Source: Escherichia phage PJNS034
DNA length: 64,000 nucleotides
Sequence record: PP391266.1
Strand: one strand, 5' to 3'
Below the pieces are notes generated by a model. It was given only the letters and a program-made list of their open reading frames with translations. It had not been told where the DNA came from and searched no databases. The position numbers were made by a program, and so were the translations under genes. Positions 8,137 through 17,000 of this stretch are shown here, piece after piece (position 1 is the first letter of the stretch; each line of letters begins with the position of its first letter).

Positions 8137-8916
8137 ATGGCTAAGATTCCTTCTTCTCGTTCCGCTAAAGTTTCCAAAGTTCAGTACGAAGCAACCAAAC
8201 CGGGTCTGTACCCTGCACGTCTGGTTCGTTTCACCGGTCTGGGCACTCAGCCTCAGCCAGAGTTCCAAGGTCAGGCTAAAGACCCTGCACCGAAAGTAGC
8301 TGTAATGTTTGAGTTGTATGACCCGCAGACAGCGAAACCTCTGGATGTTATCGGTGTGAACATCGAAACGGAAGAGAAGGTGGCACGTCCTTCTTGTGTG
8401 TTCCAAGACTACTTCCTGTTCCCAGGCGCTACTCGTGGTAAAGTCTTCGAGTTGACTCAGGCTCTGGATGCAAGCATGGAAAAAGTTCCAGATGATTTCG
8501 AATGGTTCCTGTCTCGTCTCGGTGCTCCAGTTCAGGTTCAGGTAGGCAACTACAAGAAGAAAGATGGTTCTGTTGGTGTTAAAGTTGTTTCCGTAACAGG
8601 TGTCAACTCTTTCGTTTCCAACGCAATGGAACCTGCTCGTTCTGAACTGGTTGGCTTTGACCCATACGATGATAACGTTGAGAAGTTCGAACGTGCTTAT
8701 GCTCAGATGTTCCCATTCCAGCGTACCATGCTGAAAGATGCACTGGATGCGAAACACATTCCTCTGGCTGGTACTGAACCAGTTAAGATTGACGATAACC
8801 CAGCTAACACTGAAAACCGTCAGACTTCCAAGCCGGAAACTACTGTGACGCAAACTGGTTCTGCTCCAAGCGAACCGACTGGTAATTGGGAAGATGACGA
8901 CGACCGTCCTTTCTAA
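8137..8916 (+). CDS. single-stranded DNA-binding protein-like (acidic C-terminal tip)
   Basis: 259 aa; C-terminus WEDDDDRPF resembles the acidic DDD-IPF / terminal-Phe tail of SSB and T7 gp2.5; strong RBS. Confidence 0.5.
   Translation: MAKIPSSRSAKVSKVQYEATKPGLYPARLVRFTGLGTQPQPEFQGQAKDPAPKVAVMFELYDPQTAKPLDVIGVNIETEEKVARPSCVFQDYFLFPGATRGKVFELTQALDASMEKVPDDFEWFLSRLGAPVQVQVGNYKKKDGSVGVKVVSVTGVNSFVSNAMEPARSELVGFDPYDDNVEKFERAYAQMFPFQRTMLKDALDAKHIPLAGTEPVKIDDNPANTENRQTSKPETTVTQTGSAPSEPTGNWEDDDDRPF
8839..8850 (+). repeat. 12-mer ACTACTGTGACG, copy 3
   Basis: Exact, codons 235-238 of SSB-like gene. Confidence 0.9.
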
Positions 8917-8927
8917 TTAAATAATAA

Positions 8928-8952
8928 CCTCGCCTTCGGGCGGGGTTTCTTT
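8928..8952 (+). terminator. rho-independent terminator (UUCG tetraloop)
   Basis: CCTCGCC-TTCG-GGCGGGG then TTTCTTT, just after SSB stop. Confidence 0.6.
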
Positions 8953-8974
8953 GTCCCTAAATTCGAGGTAATAC

Positions 8975-9172
8975 ATGGCTGCTAAGCTGACAATTAAACG
9001 TACTGAAAAAGATAACTTCCACATTCGCTTTGGTAACTTCGAAACTTACCTGACCTTTGTTGAACTGAGCGAAATCAGTGAACAAATTCGTGAAGTGGTA
9101 AGTGATGAAGAGTCTCGTCTGCTACAGGCAGAACTGAGCGGTTCTCTGGTTTGTGATGGTTGCACTATTTAA
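8975..9172 (+). CDS. hypothetical protein
   Basis: 65 aa ORF with RBS. Confidence 0.35.
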   Translation: MAAKLTIKRTEKDNFHIRFGNFETYLTFVELSEISEQIREVVSDEESRLLQAELSGSLVCDGCTI

Positions 9173-9175
9173 GGA

Positions 9176-9475
9176 ATGAAGATGGAAAAGTTAAAGATTG
9201 CAGGTTGTGGTAAAGTTCATCGTGAAGGTCGTTTCATTCACTTCGAAGTAAAACAGAAATCTCCCGGTTCTGCTTACCTGAAGGTAGTAGGCCAGATTCT
9301 GAATATCGTTGATGCTACTGGTCAGCGTGAGAACATCATCATTGACGTGAACAGTGACCACCCTGAGTTACATGCAATGCGAGCTAACTTGCATCGTATG
9401 CACCGTCATACTGGCATCAAGGTAATGATTCGTCGTCATGGCGTACATGGCACTGTAACTGAGTTCGGGTGGTAA
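9176..9475 (+). CDS. hypothetical protein
   Basis: 99 aa ORF. Confidence 0.35.
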   Translation: MKMEKLKIAGCGKVHREGRFIHFEVKQKSPGSAYLKVVGQILNIVDATGQRENIIIDVNSDHPELHAMRANLHRMHRHTGIKVMIRRHGVHGTVTEFGW

Positions 9476-9476
9476 T

Positions 9477-9698
9477 ATGGAATTAGAGGTTGGTCGTCGC
9501 TATAAAGTGCTTTACCGTAATTACAAAGGTGAATGGGCTTGGCGTAAGATTGAAGTCATTGGCTTCAACTTCAAGGTCAACACATTCCATAGCCCACAGG
9601 AGGCTCTATACTTAACTGTGCTGGACGTAGAGCGTGAAGTAGTACGAGACTTCAAACCGTCTGACATTCGTGCTGTAACTCGCAAGGGAGCGAAATGA
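9477..9698 (+). CDS. hypothetical protein
   Basis: 73 aa ORF. Confidence 0.35.
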   Translation: MELEVGRRYKVLYRNYKGEWAWRKIEVIGFNFKVNTFHSPQEALYLTVLDVEREVVRDFKPSDIRAVTRKGAK

Positions 9699-9846
9699 CA
9701 GTATATGTCTTAATGGTTGAGAACCAAGTTGAAAGTGAGTGGGTGTTTGAGATGGACTCTATCTACTCCACTCACGAGAAAGCAACTGCGGCAGGGAAAG
9801 CCTTGCCAAGTGATTTTAATTTCTATGTCGAACCGATGGAGGTCGA

Positions 9847-10119
9847 ATGAGCGCATTAAATACTATGGTTGGTGGTTCACACTATCAGGCAGAAGGTGGC
9901 ATTCAGCCGATTCAGTTCTACCACGCAAATCCACAGTTGAACTTTCAACAGTGTAATATGATTAAGTATGCTTTCCGTCACAAAGATAAGAACGGTTTGC
10001 AGGACTTACTCAAGGTTGTGCATTATGCCATGCTGGAGGCAGAGTTCCATTATCCGAAAGAAGATGTTGAGAAGTGGAAGTTACAGGTAGCGAATCTGAT
10101 TGACCCACCTGCTTTTTGA
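9847..10119 (+). CDS. hypothetical protein
   Basis: 90 aa ORF. Confidence 0.35.
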   Translation: MSALNTMVGGSHYQAEGGIQPIQFYHANPQLNFQQCNMIKYAFRHKDKNGLQDLLKVVHYAMLEAEFHYPKEDVEKWKLQVANLIDPPAF

Positions 10120-10178
10120 TGTTACATTGGCTTTATTGATTCAGAACAATTTTAATTTCCATTCCAAGGTGGCAATAC

Positions 10179-10487
10179 ATGAACATGATTTACTCTAACG
10201 CACATTACGCAATCTACTTCGTACCGAACGGTACTCCTGAGAAAGAACACGACTTTACCAAGCAGTTCACCATCGTGAATATGCACCTCGGTACTGTCGA
10301 AGCTCAGGTTGGTTCTTTCCCACATGCTGTACAGTATTGCGATGTGTTTGCTGCTGATTGGGAAGCACTGGTAATGAATGCAAAAGGCCAGTTCAATCCT
10401 GAGATTCAGGGCAACGATAATGGTGCTGATAAAGCCGAAGCAAAAGCTGGTCTGAAACTGGCAACTGTGGATGGTGAAAACGTATAA
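10179..10487 (+). CDS. hypothetical protein
   Basis: 102 aa ORF. Confidence 0.35.
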   Translation: MNMIYSNAHYAIYFVPNGTPEKEHDFTKQFTIVNMHLGTVEAQVGSFPHAVQYCDVFAADWEALVMNAKGQFNPEIQGNDNGADKAEAKAGLKLATVDGENV

Positions 10488-11512
10488 TGAGCAAAATCCC
10501 CGTATGTAAGACAACACGACCTACGGTGGATTTAGCACTCATTGACGCAGACGTACTGCGTTACGAATTAGGGGCTGTGCAACTAGACCATCCTTATATC
10601 AAGGGTGAGAAGGTTCCAGCCCCTTCCTCGTTTGTTGAGGGCTTAGTTCAAGACCGTATTGAAACTATTCTGGACAGAACTGGTGCGAAAGACTTCTTAT
10701 TGTTCCTCACAGGGCCGGGAAACTTCCGGTTTGATATTGCCAAACAGCAACCATATAAAGGCAACCGAGAAGATTTTGAAAAGCCTTTCCATTGGAAGAC
10801 TGTTGACCGTTACCTCCGAACCGTTTATCCCTCCAAAATCCGTGAAGCATTCGGTAACGAGGCAGATGATGAATTGGGCATTACTCAATTACGTTCTGTC
10901 CTCGCAGGGGATAAGGATAACACCTGCATCGCTTCTCGTGACAAAGACCTGAGAACAGTGGAAGGATGGCATTACTCTTGGGCATGTGGTGAAGACCAGC
11001 CTGAGAAACCACTACGTTACATCACTCAGCTTGAAGGTTATCGCTTCTTCTTCCAACAGATGCTTACTGGTGATAACACTGATAACATCATTGGTTGTGG
11101 TAAAAAGAAAGAAGTGATGTGGGGTGGTAAGCTCATGATGCGGCGTAAAGGCGTGGGCAAGAAAACTGCTGAGAAGTTACTTGCAGAGCTTGAGAACCAA
11201 CAACAAATGTACGATGTTGTTCGTGAACAGTATGTCGAAGTGTTTGAGGATGAAGCTGATACAGTGATGCTCGAACAAGCTCGGTTATTGTTTATTGGAC
11301 AGACTGAGAAACAACAATTTAAATGGCACTGGATTGAGGTGGTTGAATATGGAATTGGCTCCGAAGAAAGCGAAGTTGTGGAAGGAAAAGAACCTGAAGG
11401 GACGTTGGATGTTCCTGAGGAAAATCGACGGAGTGAGAGCACTTCGGAACCTAGACCCAACGATTCCAGCGAAGTATGTGAGCCGGAATGCGAAACCTCT
11501 GTACAATCTTGA
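10487..11512 (+). CDS. 5'-3' exonuclease (T7 gp6-like)
   Basis: 341 aa; LALIDADVLRY, YKGNRE, EADDELG, SRDKDLRTV, TGDNTDNIIGCG align to conserved blocks of T7 gene 6 exonuclease; C-terminal about 55 aa overlap the ligase gene. Confidence 0.7.
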   Translation: MSKIPVCKTTRPTVDLALIDADVLRYELGAVQLDHPYIKGEKVPAPSSFVEGLVQDRIETILDRTGAKDFLLFLTGPGNFRFDIAKQQPYKGNREDFEKPFHWKTVDRYLRTVYPSKIREAFGNEADDELGITQLRSVLAGDKDNTCIASRDKDLRTVEGWHYSWACGEDQPEKPLRYITQLEGYRFFFQQMLTGDNTDNIIGCGKKKEVMWGGKLMMRRKGVGKKTAEKLLAELENQQQMYDVVREQYVEVFEDEADTVMLEQARLLFIGQTEKQQFKWHWIEVVEYGIGSEESEVVEGKEPEGTLDVPEENRRSESTSEPRPNDSSEVCEPECETSVQS

Positions 11513-12047
11513 CCACTTGGAGTTTGATGATGCTGAAATCTTTAATCAAAATTGGGAAACTTCCGTTTCAATGGTGCGTACTCATTGTGCGGCTCCTGTT
11601 CCTGCTGATTGCGTTTATCGTCTTGGTGATGGTCAGACCGATTCACGATTATACTTGTTCACGGTGCAAGACCCAACCGAAGAGTTCATTCGGAAGCATC
11701 TGGAAGAAGCTCTGGCGAAAGGTGATGAAGGCTTAATATTAAGGGAGGCCGATGTTGACGACCCGAAATGGCTCAAAGTCAAAAATAAAGAAACTCATGA
11801 CGTGGTGGTTACGGGTTATCAGCCGGGCACCGGTAAGCATGAAGGACGGATGGGTGCTCTACTTACGACGAGAGGCAAAGTTGGTACAGGCTTCACAGAC
11901 AGTGAACGAGACTACTGGCAGCAACGCTGGGAAGAGGGTACTGTCGTAGGTGTTACGATTGAGGTGGAATGTATGGAGTTAACTTCCACTGGTAAATTCA
12001 GACACCCACGCTTTATCCGTGAACGCCTTGATAAAGATGGCGAATAG
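11349..12047 (+). CDS. ATP-dependent DNA ligase (compact)
   Basis: Motif I KIDGVR, motif IV-like DEGLILR, motif V WLKVK, motif VI FRHPRFIRERLDKD; ATG at 11349 with GAGGTGG RBS; only about 233 aa. Confidence 0.7.
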   Translation: MELAPKKAKLWKEKNLKGRWMFLRKIDGVRALRNLDPTIPAKYVSRNAKPLYNLDHLEFDDAEIFNQNWETSVSMVRTHCAAPVPADCVYRLGDGQTDSRLYLFTVQDPTEEFIRKHLEEALAKGDEGLILREADVDDPKWLKVKNKETHDVVVTGYQPGTGKHEGRMGALLTTRGKVGTGFTDSERDYWQQRWEEGTVVGVTIEVECMELTSTGKFRHPRFIRERLDKDGE

Positions 12048-12267
12048 CAGTATATTAACTAAGGTCACTTCGGTGGCCTTTTCTTTCATCTAACTATAGG
12101 CAAAACAATGAAACAGGCTGTATTTGATTTCGCTTCTCGCATGGTCGATAAGCTGACTGCTGATTATGACAAAGCAGAAACCTCTGACGTTGCAGAACGC
12201 ATCATGTCAGAACTCAAAAACTACATCAAAATGCGTGATGATGCACAACGTTCTCTGGAGAAAGCTA

Positions 12268-12807
12268 ATGCGTAAGGTTTATATTGCAGGTCATATGTTA
12301 ACTCGTGGTGCTCAGATGCAACGTGCTGAGGAACGTGAGCTGGTATCTTCTTTGGGTCATCAACTCTACAACCCAATGGACAACAAGGAAATTAACGACA
12401 AGAAGCTCCACAAGGACGATACAGGGCTGGCTGAACGAATCGTTAAGCAAGACACCGACGCTATTTTCTGGGCTGATACAGTGCTGATTGAGCCGCTTGC
12501 TGAGGCAAATGGCACTCTGGTTGAGTTAGGACAGATTAAAGGTATGAAAGACCTCGCCAAGAAGCTGATGGAGTTACCTGCAACAAATGAGATTGAGTTC
12601 GCTGACCAAGCAATTGAATTGCTCAAACGAATCCTAGACCAGAAGGTTGTTGCTCACTTCGAAGATATCCGACGTGTCGAAGGTATCACCGAAACAGGCG
12701 ACCGTCGCTCTCTTGGCATTAACCAGTATGTATATGGTACTGTCCTTGACCTGACAGATGGCAAAGGCTTCACTGAGTTTAAAGACTTGCCGGAGGCTCT
12801 TGCTTGA
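12268..12807 (+). CDS. nucleoside 2-deoxyribosyltransferase / Rcl-like N-glycosidase family protein
   Basis: N-terminal VYIAGHM and C-terminal NGTLVELG match the NDT-family Rossmann and catalytic-Glu motifs; ATG 12268 with GGAG RBS. Confidence 0.55.
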   Translation: MRKVYIAGHMLTRGAQMQRAEERELVSSLGHQLYNPMDNKEINDKKLHKDDTGLAERIVKQDTDAIFWADTVLIEPLAEANGTLVELGQIKGMKDLAKKLMELPATNEIEFADQAIELLKRILDQKVVAHFEDIRRVEGITETGDRRSLGINQYVYGTVLDLTDGKGFTEFKDLPEALA

Positions 12808-13466
12808 ACTGGAGATTAATATGGTCAGTCTTTGCCGTGCTATCCATTCTGTTTGGGTGCGTTGTTTCAAAAGCAAGTTACGAAGTAATGGCGACGTCCC
12901 TAGTGGGCGTCATGTTCGTGATAGGGGTAGCCTTCAAGAAAGCAAGTGCGAATCTTTTGGGGGCTATACTGTGCGCTATGCTTGGGTTGATGAGCTGGCA
13001 AGCTGGATACTACATGAACGCGATTATCAACATCTTCTTATTGCTACCACTCCAGTTATTAGCTTACGCCAATTGGACGACAGGGGTGTCGAAGCGAGAG
13101 CATCACAGGTACTTGGTGGAAACGGTCTGTCGCAAACGATTCTTGATTTACACATGTTGGCTAATTCCTCTCTTGGTAGCCGCATACTTCTCAGGCAGCC
13201 GTTTGTGGGTACACGATGCTGTGACAGCCTCACTTGTGATTGTCGCAACACTTCTCCTCATGTTCAATACCAAAGAGCAATGGCAATTCTGGATTCCATA
13301 CAATCTGGTAGAAGTCTTCATGTGGTTCATCGCAGCGAGTACAGCCCCTGAAATGCTTGCAATTATGTTCATGCGTATTGTATTCTTCATTAACAGTCTG
13401 ATTGGCTATTACGAATGGAGGAACGATGGCAATCCACGGACGCTACTTTCGACAGAAACCCGCTGA
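12804..13466 (+). CDS. PnuC-like (nicotinamide riboside/nucleoside transporter family) membrane protein
   Basis: 220 aa, multiple TM segments, AYANW...KREHH region resembles PnuC signature; start codon uncertain (TTG 12804 or downstream ATG). Confidence 0.4.
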   Translation: MNWRLIWSVFAVLSILFGCVVSKASYEVMATSLVGVMFVIGVAFKKASANLLGAILCAMLGLMSWQAGYYMNAIINIFLLLPLQLLAYANWTTGVSKREHHRYLVETVCRKRFLIYTCWLIPLLVAAYFSGSRLWVHDAVTASLVIVATLLLMFNTKEQWQFWIPYNLVEVFMWFIAASTAPEMLAIMFMRIVFFINSLIGYYEWRNDGNPRTLLSTETR

Positions 13467-13887
13467 GTTAAAAGGTACTGACTATGACTCACGTCTTGAG
13501 AAAAGGCTGCATGAGGCGCTTCCCGTCCTCAACCACCATCCAGCGAAAAGGCCGTATGTTCGACACCATACCTACGAGCCAGATTTCGAAGTACAAGGAA
13601 ACAAGACATATCTTGTTGAAGCCAAAGGTTACTTCCAAGACCGTAACGAACTTGGCAAGTACCTCCCCATTGCGGAGTCTCTGGGCGATAGTGCTGAGTT
13701 GGTATTTGTGTTTGAGAATGCCGACAAACCAATCCACTTCCAAGCCAAACGTAAGGATGGAAGCAAAATGACACATCGTGAGTGGTGTGTTAAGAATGGA
13801 TTTCAAGTCTTTGACGAGGATGAGTTCCGAGTATGGATTCCAAGTGTTACTACTGTGACGGAATCGGGAGACACAGAGCTTTCGTAA
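13426..13887 (+). CDS. endonuclease I / Holliday-junction resolvase (T7 gp3-like)
   Basis: HTYEPDF and LVEAKG (T7: HTYTPDF, FVETKG) catalytic blocks, C-terminal HREWCVKNGFQVFD; ATG 13426 with GGAGGA RBS. Confidence 0.7.
   Translation: MAIHGRYFRQKPAELKGTDYDSRLEKRLHEALPVLNHHPAKRPYVRHHTYEPDFEVQGNKTYLVEAKGYFQDRNELGKYLPIAESLGDSAELVFVFENADKPIHFQAKRKDGSKMTHREWCVKNGFQVFDEDEFRVWIPSVTTVTESGDTELS
13849..13860 (+). repeat. 12-mer ACTACTGTGACG, copy 4
   Basis: Exact, codons near 3' end of endonuclease I gene. Confidence 0.9.
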
Positions 13888-13987
13888 TGAAAGTTCTTCT
13901 CTGCGAGAAATGTCATGCCGCTGAATTAGCCAGTGTTCGTAAAGAGTACATGCCGATTCGCAAATACCGCCCCTATTGATACAACAA

Positions 13988-14024
13988 AGCCCCAAGGGAT
14001 TTCTCCCAAGGGGCTTTTCTTTTA
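13988..14024. terminator. convergent (bidirectional) terminator hairpin
   Basis: AGCCCCAAGGGA-TTTC-TCCCAAGGGGCT with T-rich flanks on both strands, between converging + and - arms. Confidence 0.5.
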
Positions 14025-17000
14025 CGCCATTCCTGCCACAGAACCACCGAGATTCATGTACTCTGCAAGGTTAGTGCCGTAAGCATCAGTTGCTCGTAAG
14101 TTACGAGACTGGAGAGCTTTCTTAACAGCACCATGACCAAGCAAGTGAGCAGAAGCTCGGATGCCTTCCATAGTTACCGGAACACCATCAATAGTCTGAC
14201 CGATGTACTGGTCAAGACCCATGTTTTTGGTACGACGGTCTAACATCTTATTCCAATCTTCAAAAGCCTTTTCCTGTGCTTCTGGAGAGTTCAGGAACTC
14301 CTCTTTCGAGTTAACCCCATACTTACCAGTCCAGTTAGACTTCTCGTTCAGAATAGATTTCTGACCACGACCAACACGACCTTGTGACTTGATAATACCT
14401 AAGTCAACAAGAGCAGGCCATCCAAATTGGTACTTACCGACATAACCGAGAGTGTTCTCGATATCGTACTTACCACCGGATTCACGCTGGCCTAACACGT
14501 CACCATATGCACTCATCATACCTCCTGCATAAGCGCTACCAGCAAACATAGAAGTCAGACCAATTGCACTCAAACCTAATTTCTTAGCCAGTGCATTAGC
14601 TGATTTCTCGTTACGGGCATAACGAACGATAGTTTCTTTATCAGGGTCAACCATCGCATACTCATAGCCTTTATCAAAGGCTACCTCTGGTGAATCAACA
14701 CCTTCTGCCAGTTCGTATGGGTTTACCACTTTGATTTCTGGGTCAGATTCCAGTGCTTTACCATCCAGAGCTTCTGCTGCGGTGTCTACAACTTGCTTAA
14801 CCTGTTCGGTTGGCATGTCTTGCATAGCATCGAGCATATTCTCTACTGGTGCTTCTGGAGTAGGAGTCGGTTCAGGTTGTGGTTCAGTTACCACTGGTTC
14901 TTCACGTACTGGAGCAGCAAAGTCTTCCTCAGCCATAACTACTGGCTTCTGTACTGGTTCATCCATCATCGCCTTAGCAATTGGGGATTCATCAGCACGT
15001 AAGGCTTGTTTGTAGTCTTCCAGACTGTTGTAAACCTTCGGAGCACGTTCTGGGTCATACAGGCCGTAAGCAGATGCGATTGCTCGCTGGTTAGCTGGCC
15101 CCATATAGTTGGTAGTCTCACCTTTCCCGAACACTGCTTTAATCTGGTTACGCATGTCCATAGTGTACAGGCCGTTAGCCCCATTCACCATTTTATCGTA
15201 GCCTTTAGAGCGACGGTATTCGATAGCACCAAGTACATCACCCATCGTCTTCGCCTGAGTCATTACGTCAGTAACAGATTCAGAAGCCTTACCTGCGTTG
15301 ATTGCTTTCTTACCGAAGTTCTGAATTTGTTTCAGCATCGCATTGGATGCAGTAGCAATGTCAGCTTTCAGGGAATCAGCAATTGCAGCCACTTCTTCTG
15401 GAGTGTTACGGGCAATGATTTCATCCAACGATGCACGAGTCTGTGCAGCCGTTTCTTCCAGTGACTTAACTTGCTCTTTCAGTGCCTTGATTGGAGCATC
15501 CAGTTGAGTTGCTTTCTTCTCAAGAATTTCCAGCTTACGTTCGTGTGCTTCTTTGCGTTTCTGCTCAGCAGCTTGTTCACGTTTCTGTTTGTCTTGGAGA
15601 GCCTTCTCTTCCTTCGCCTGTTTATCACGGAGAGCTTTGTCAGCAGCTTCTTGCTTATCGTGCATCTTCTGATATTCAGCAGCCAGTTTACGTTGTTCAC
15701 GTTCCCAAGCCATATCAGCTTTCTCACGAGCAGCTTCGTCTTTCGCTTGAGCTTTCGCTTCATCACGTTTAACACGAGCAGCATCTAACAGTTCTTTCTC
15801 ACGGGCTTTGAAAGCAGCAATTTCCTCAGCATGTGAATCACGCTGTAAACGTTCTTCTGCACGTTGAGTTTCTTTCAGACGTTTCTGTTCAGCACTTGCT
15901 TGTTCTTTCTTCAGACGGTCGCCACGTTGTAACAGCTTGTTAGCAGTTGCACGAAGTTCTTTCTGAGTCAGTGGAGCAGTAGAGCCGAAGGTCTGTGCTT
16001 CAACAACTTGTAATGCTTGTTCTTTCGGAATGCCAAGTGAATCAGCAAAGTCCATCAGGTTTTCATGCTGAGCATAAATCTGATTAACTGCATCATCTTC
16101 AGCTTTACGGGCTACAGTCTCTTCTGGAGTCTCAGCACCTTTAGCCAGAGCATCACGCTCACGTTGCATTGCCTTAATCAGTGAAGCCTTCTCACTATTC
16201 GTAAGCTGACGCATAGAGCCAGTTACAGGGTCAATGTAAGGTGAAGTCAGGTCGTCCATTACGAACTGGTCAAGGCCGTACTTACTTGCCAAACCGGAAA
16301 TATGTTCGTTCTGGGTTGTGATGTTTTTAGCTGCTTCATCACGGATACCTGCTTTAACTTCCTCTGCCTCTGTCTTAGCTTTCTCAGCCTGTGCATTACG
16401 AGCTTCCTCACGAGCACGTTGAGCCAATTCAGTAATCTCACCAGCATCACGGATGTTAGCGATTTGGTCTTCCGGTACACCTGCACGACGAGCACGTTCT
16501 TCCAATGCTTGACGTTCAACTTGTGCTGCACGGTTACGAATGGTTTCAGTTTCACGAATAGCTGCACCCAATACTGCATCCAGACCACGAGGTGCTGGAG
16601 CATTTGGAGCAGGAGCCGCTGGAGTAGGTTCACCAGTTGCCAGTGCTTGCAGGTCAGATGGGTCACGAACTACAGGGGCAGGTTCTGGAACAACAGTAGG
16701 CTCTACAACCGTTGGTTCAGGAGTACGAGCGTATTCCATTGAAGCCAGAGATTGTAATGCTGCTTGTTCTTCTGCACGACTAATGAATCGAGCAGCCTGT
16801 TCAGAGTTAACTTCCGCAATCTGAGCATCAGACCAACCTTTGTTACGAAGCACTTCTGCCTGTACAGGAGAAACACCACCATCAGGTGCTGGCTGAGTCA
16901 TTTCTGGAGTAACAACTGGTTCAGGAGTTACAGTCTGTTCTGGAGCTACAGGTGGTACATCTGGAGTCGGCTCTGGAGCAACATCTGCTGGTGGCGGAGT

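Noticed and set aside
12758-13351. Alternative plus-strand frame (197 aa) overlapping the PnuC-like gene
   Set aside because: The other frame encodes a coherent multi-pass membrane protein; this frame is Arg/Cys/Ser-rich and non-protein-like, although it contains the first ATG, so the true start of the transporter remains uncertain.
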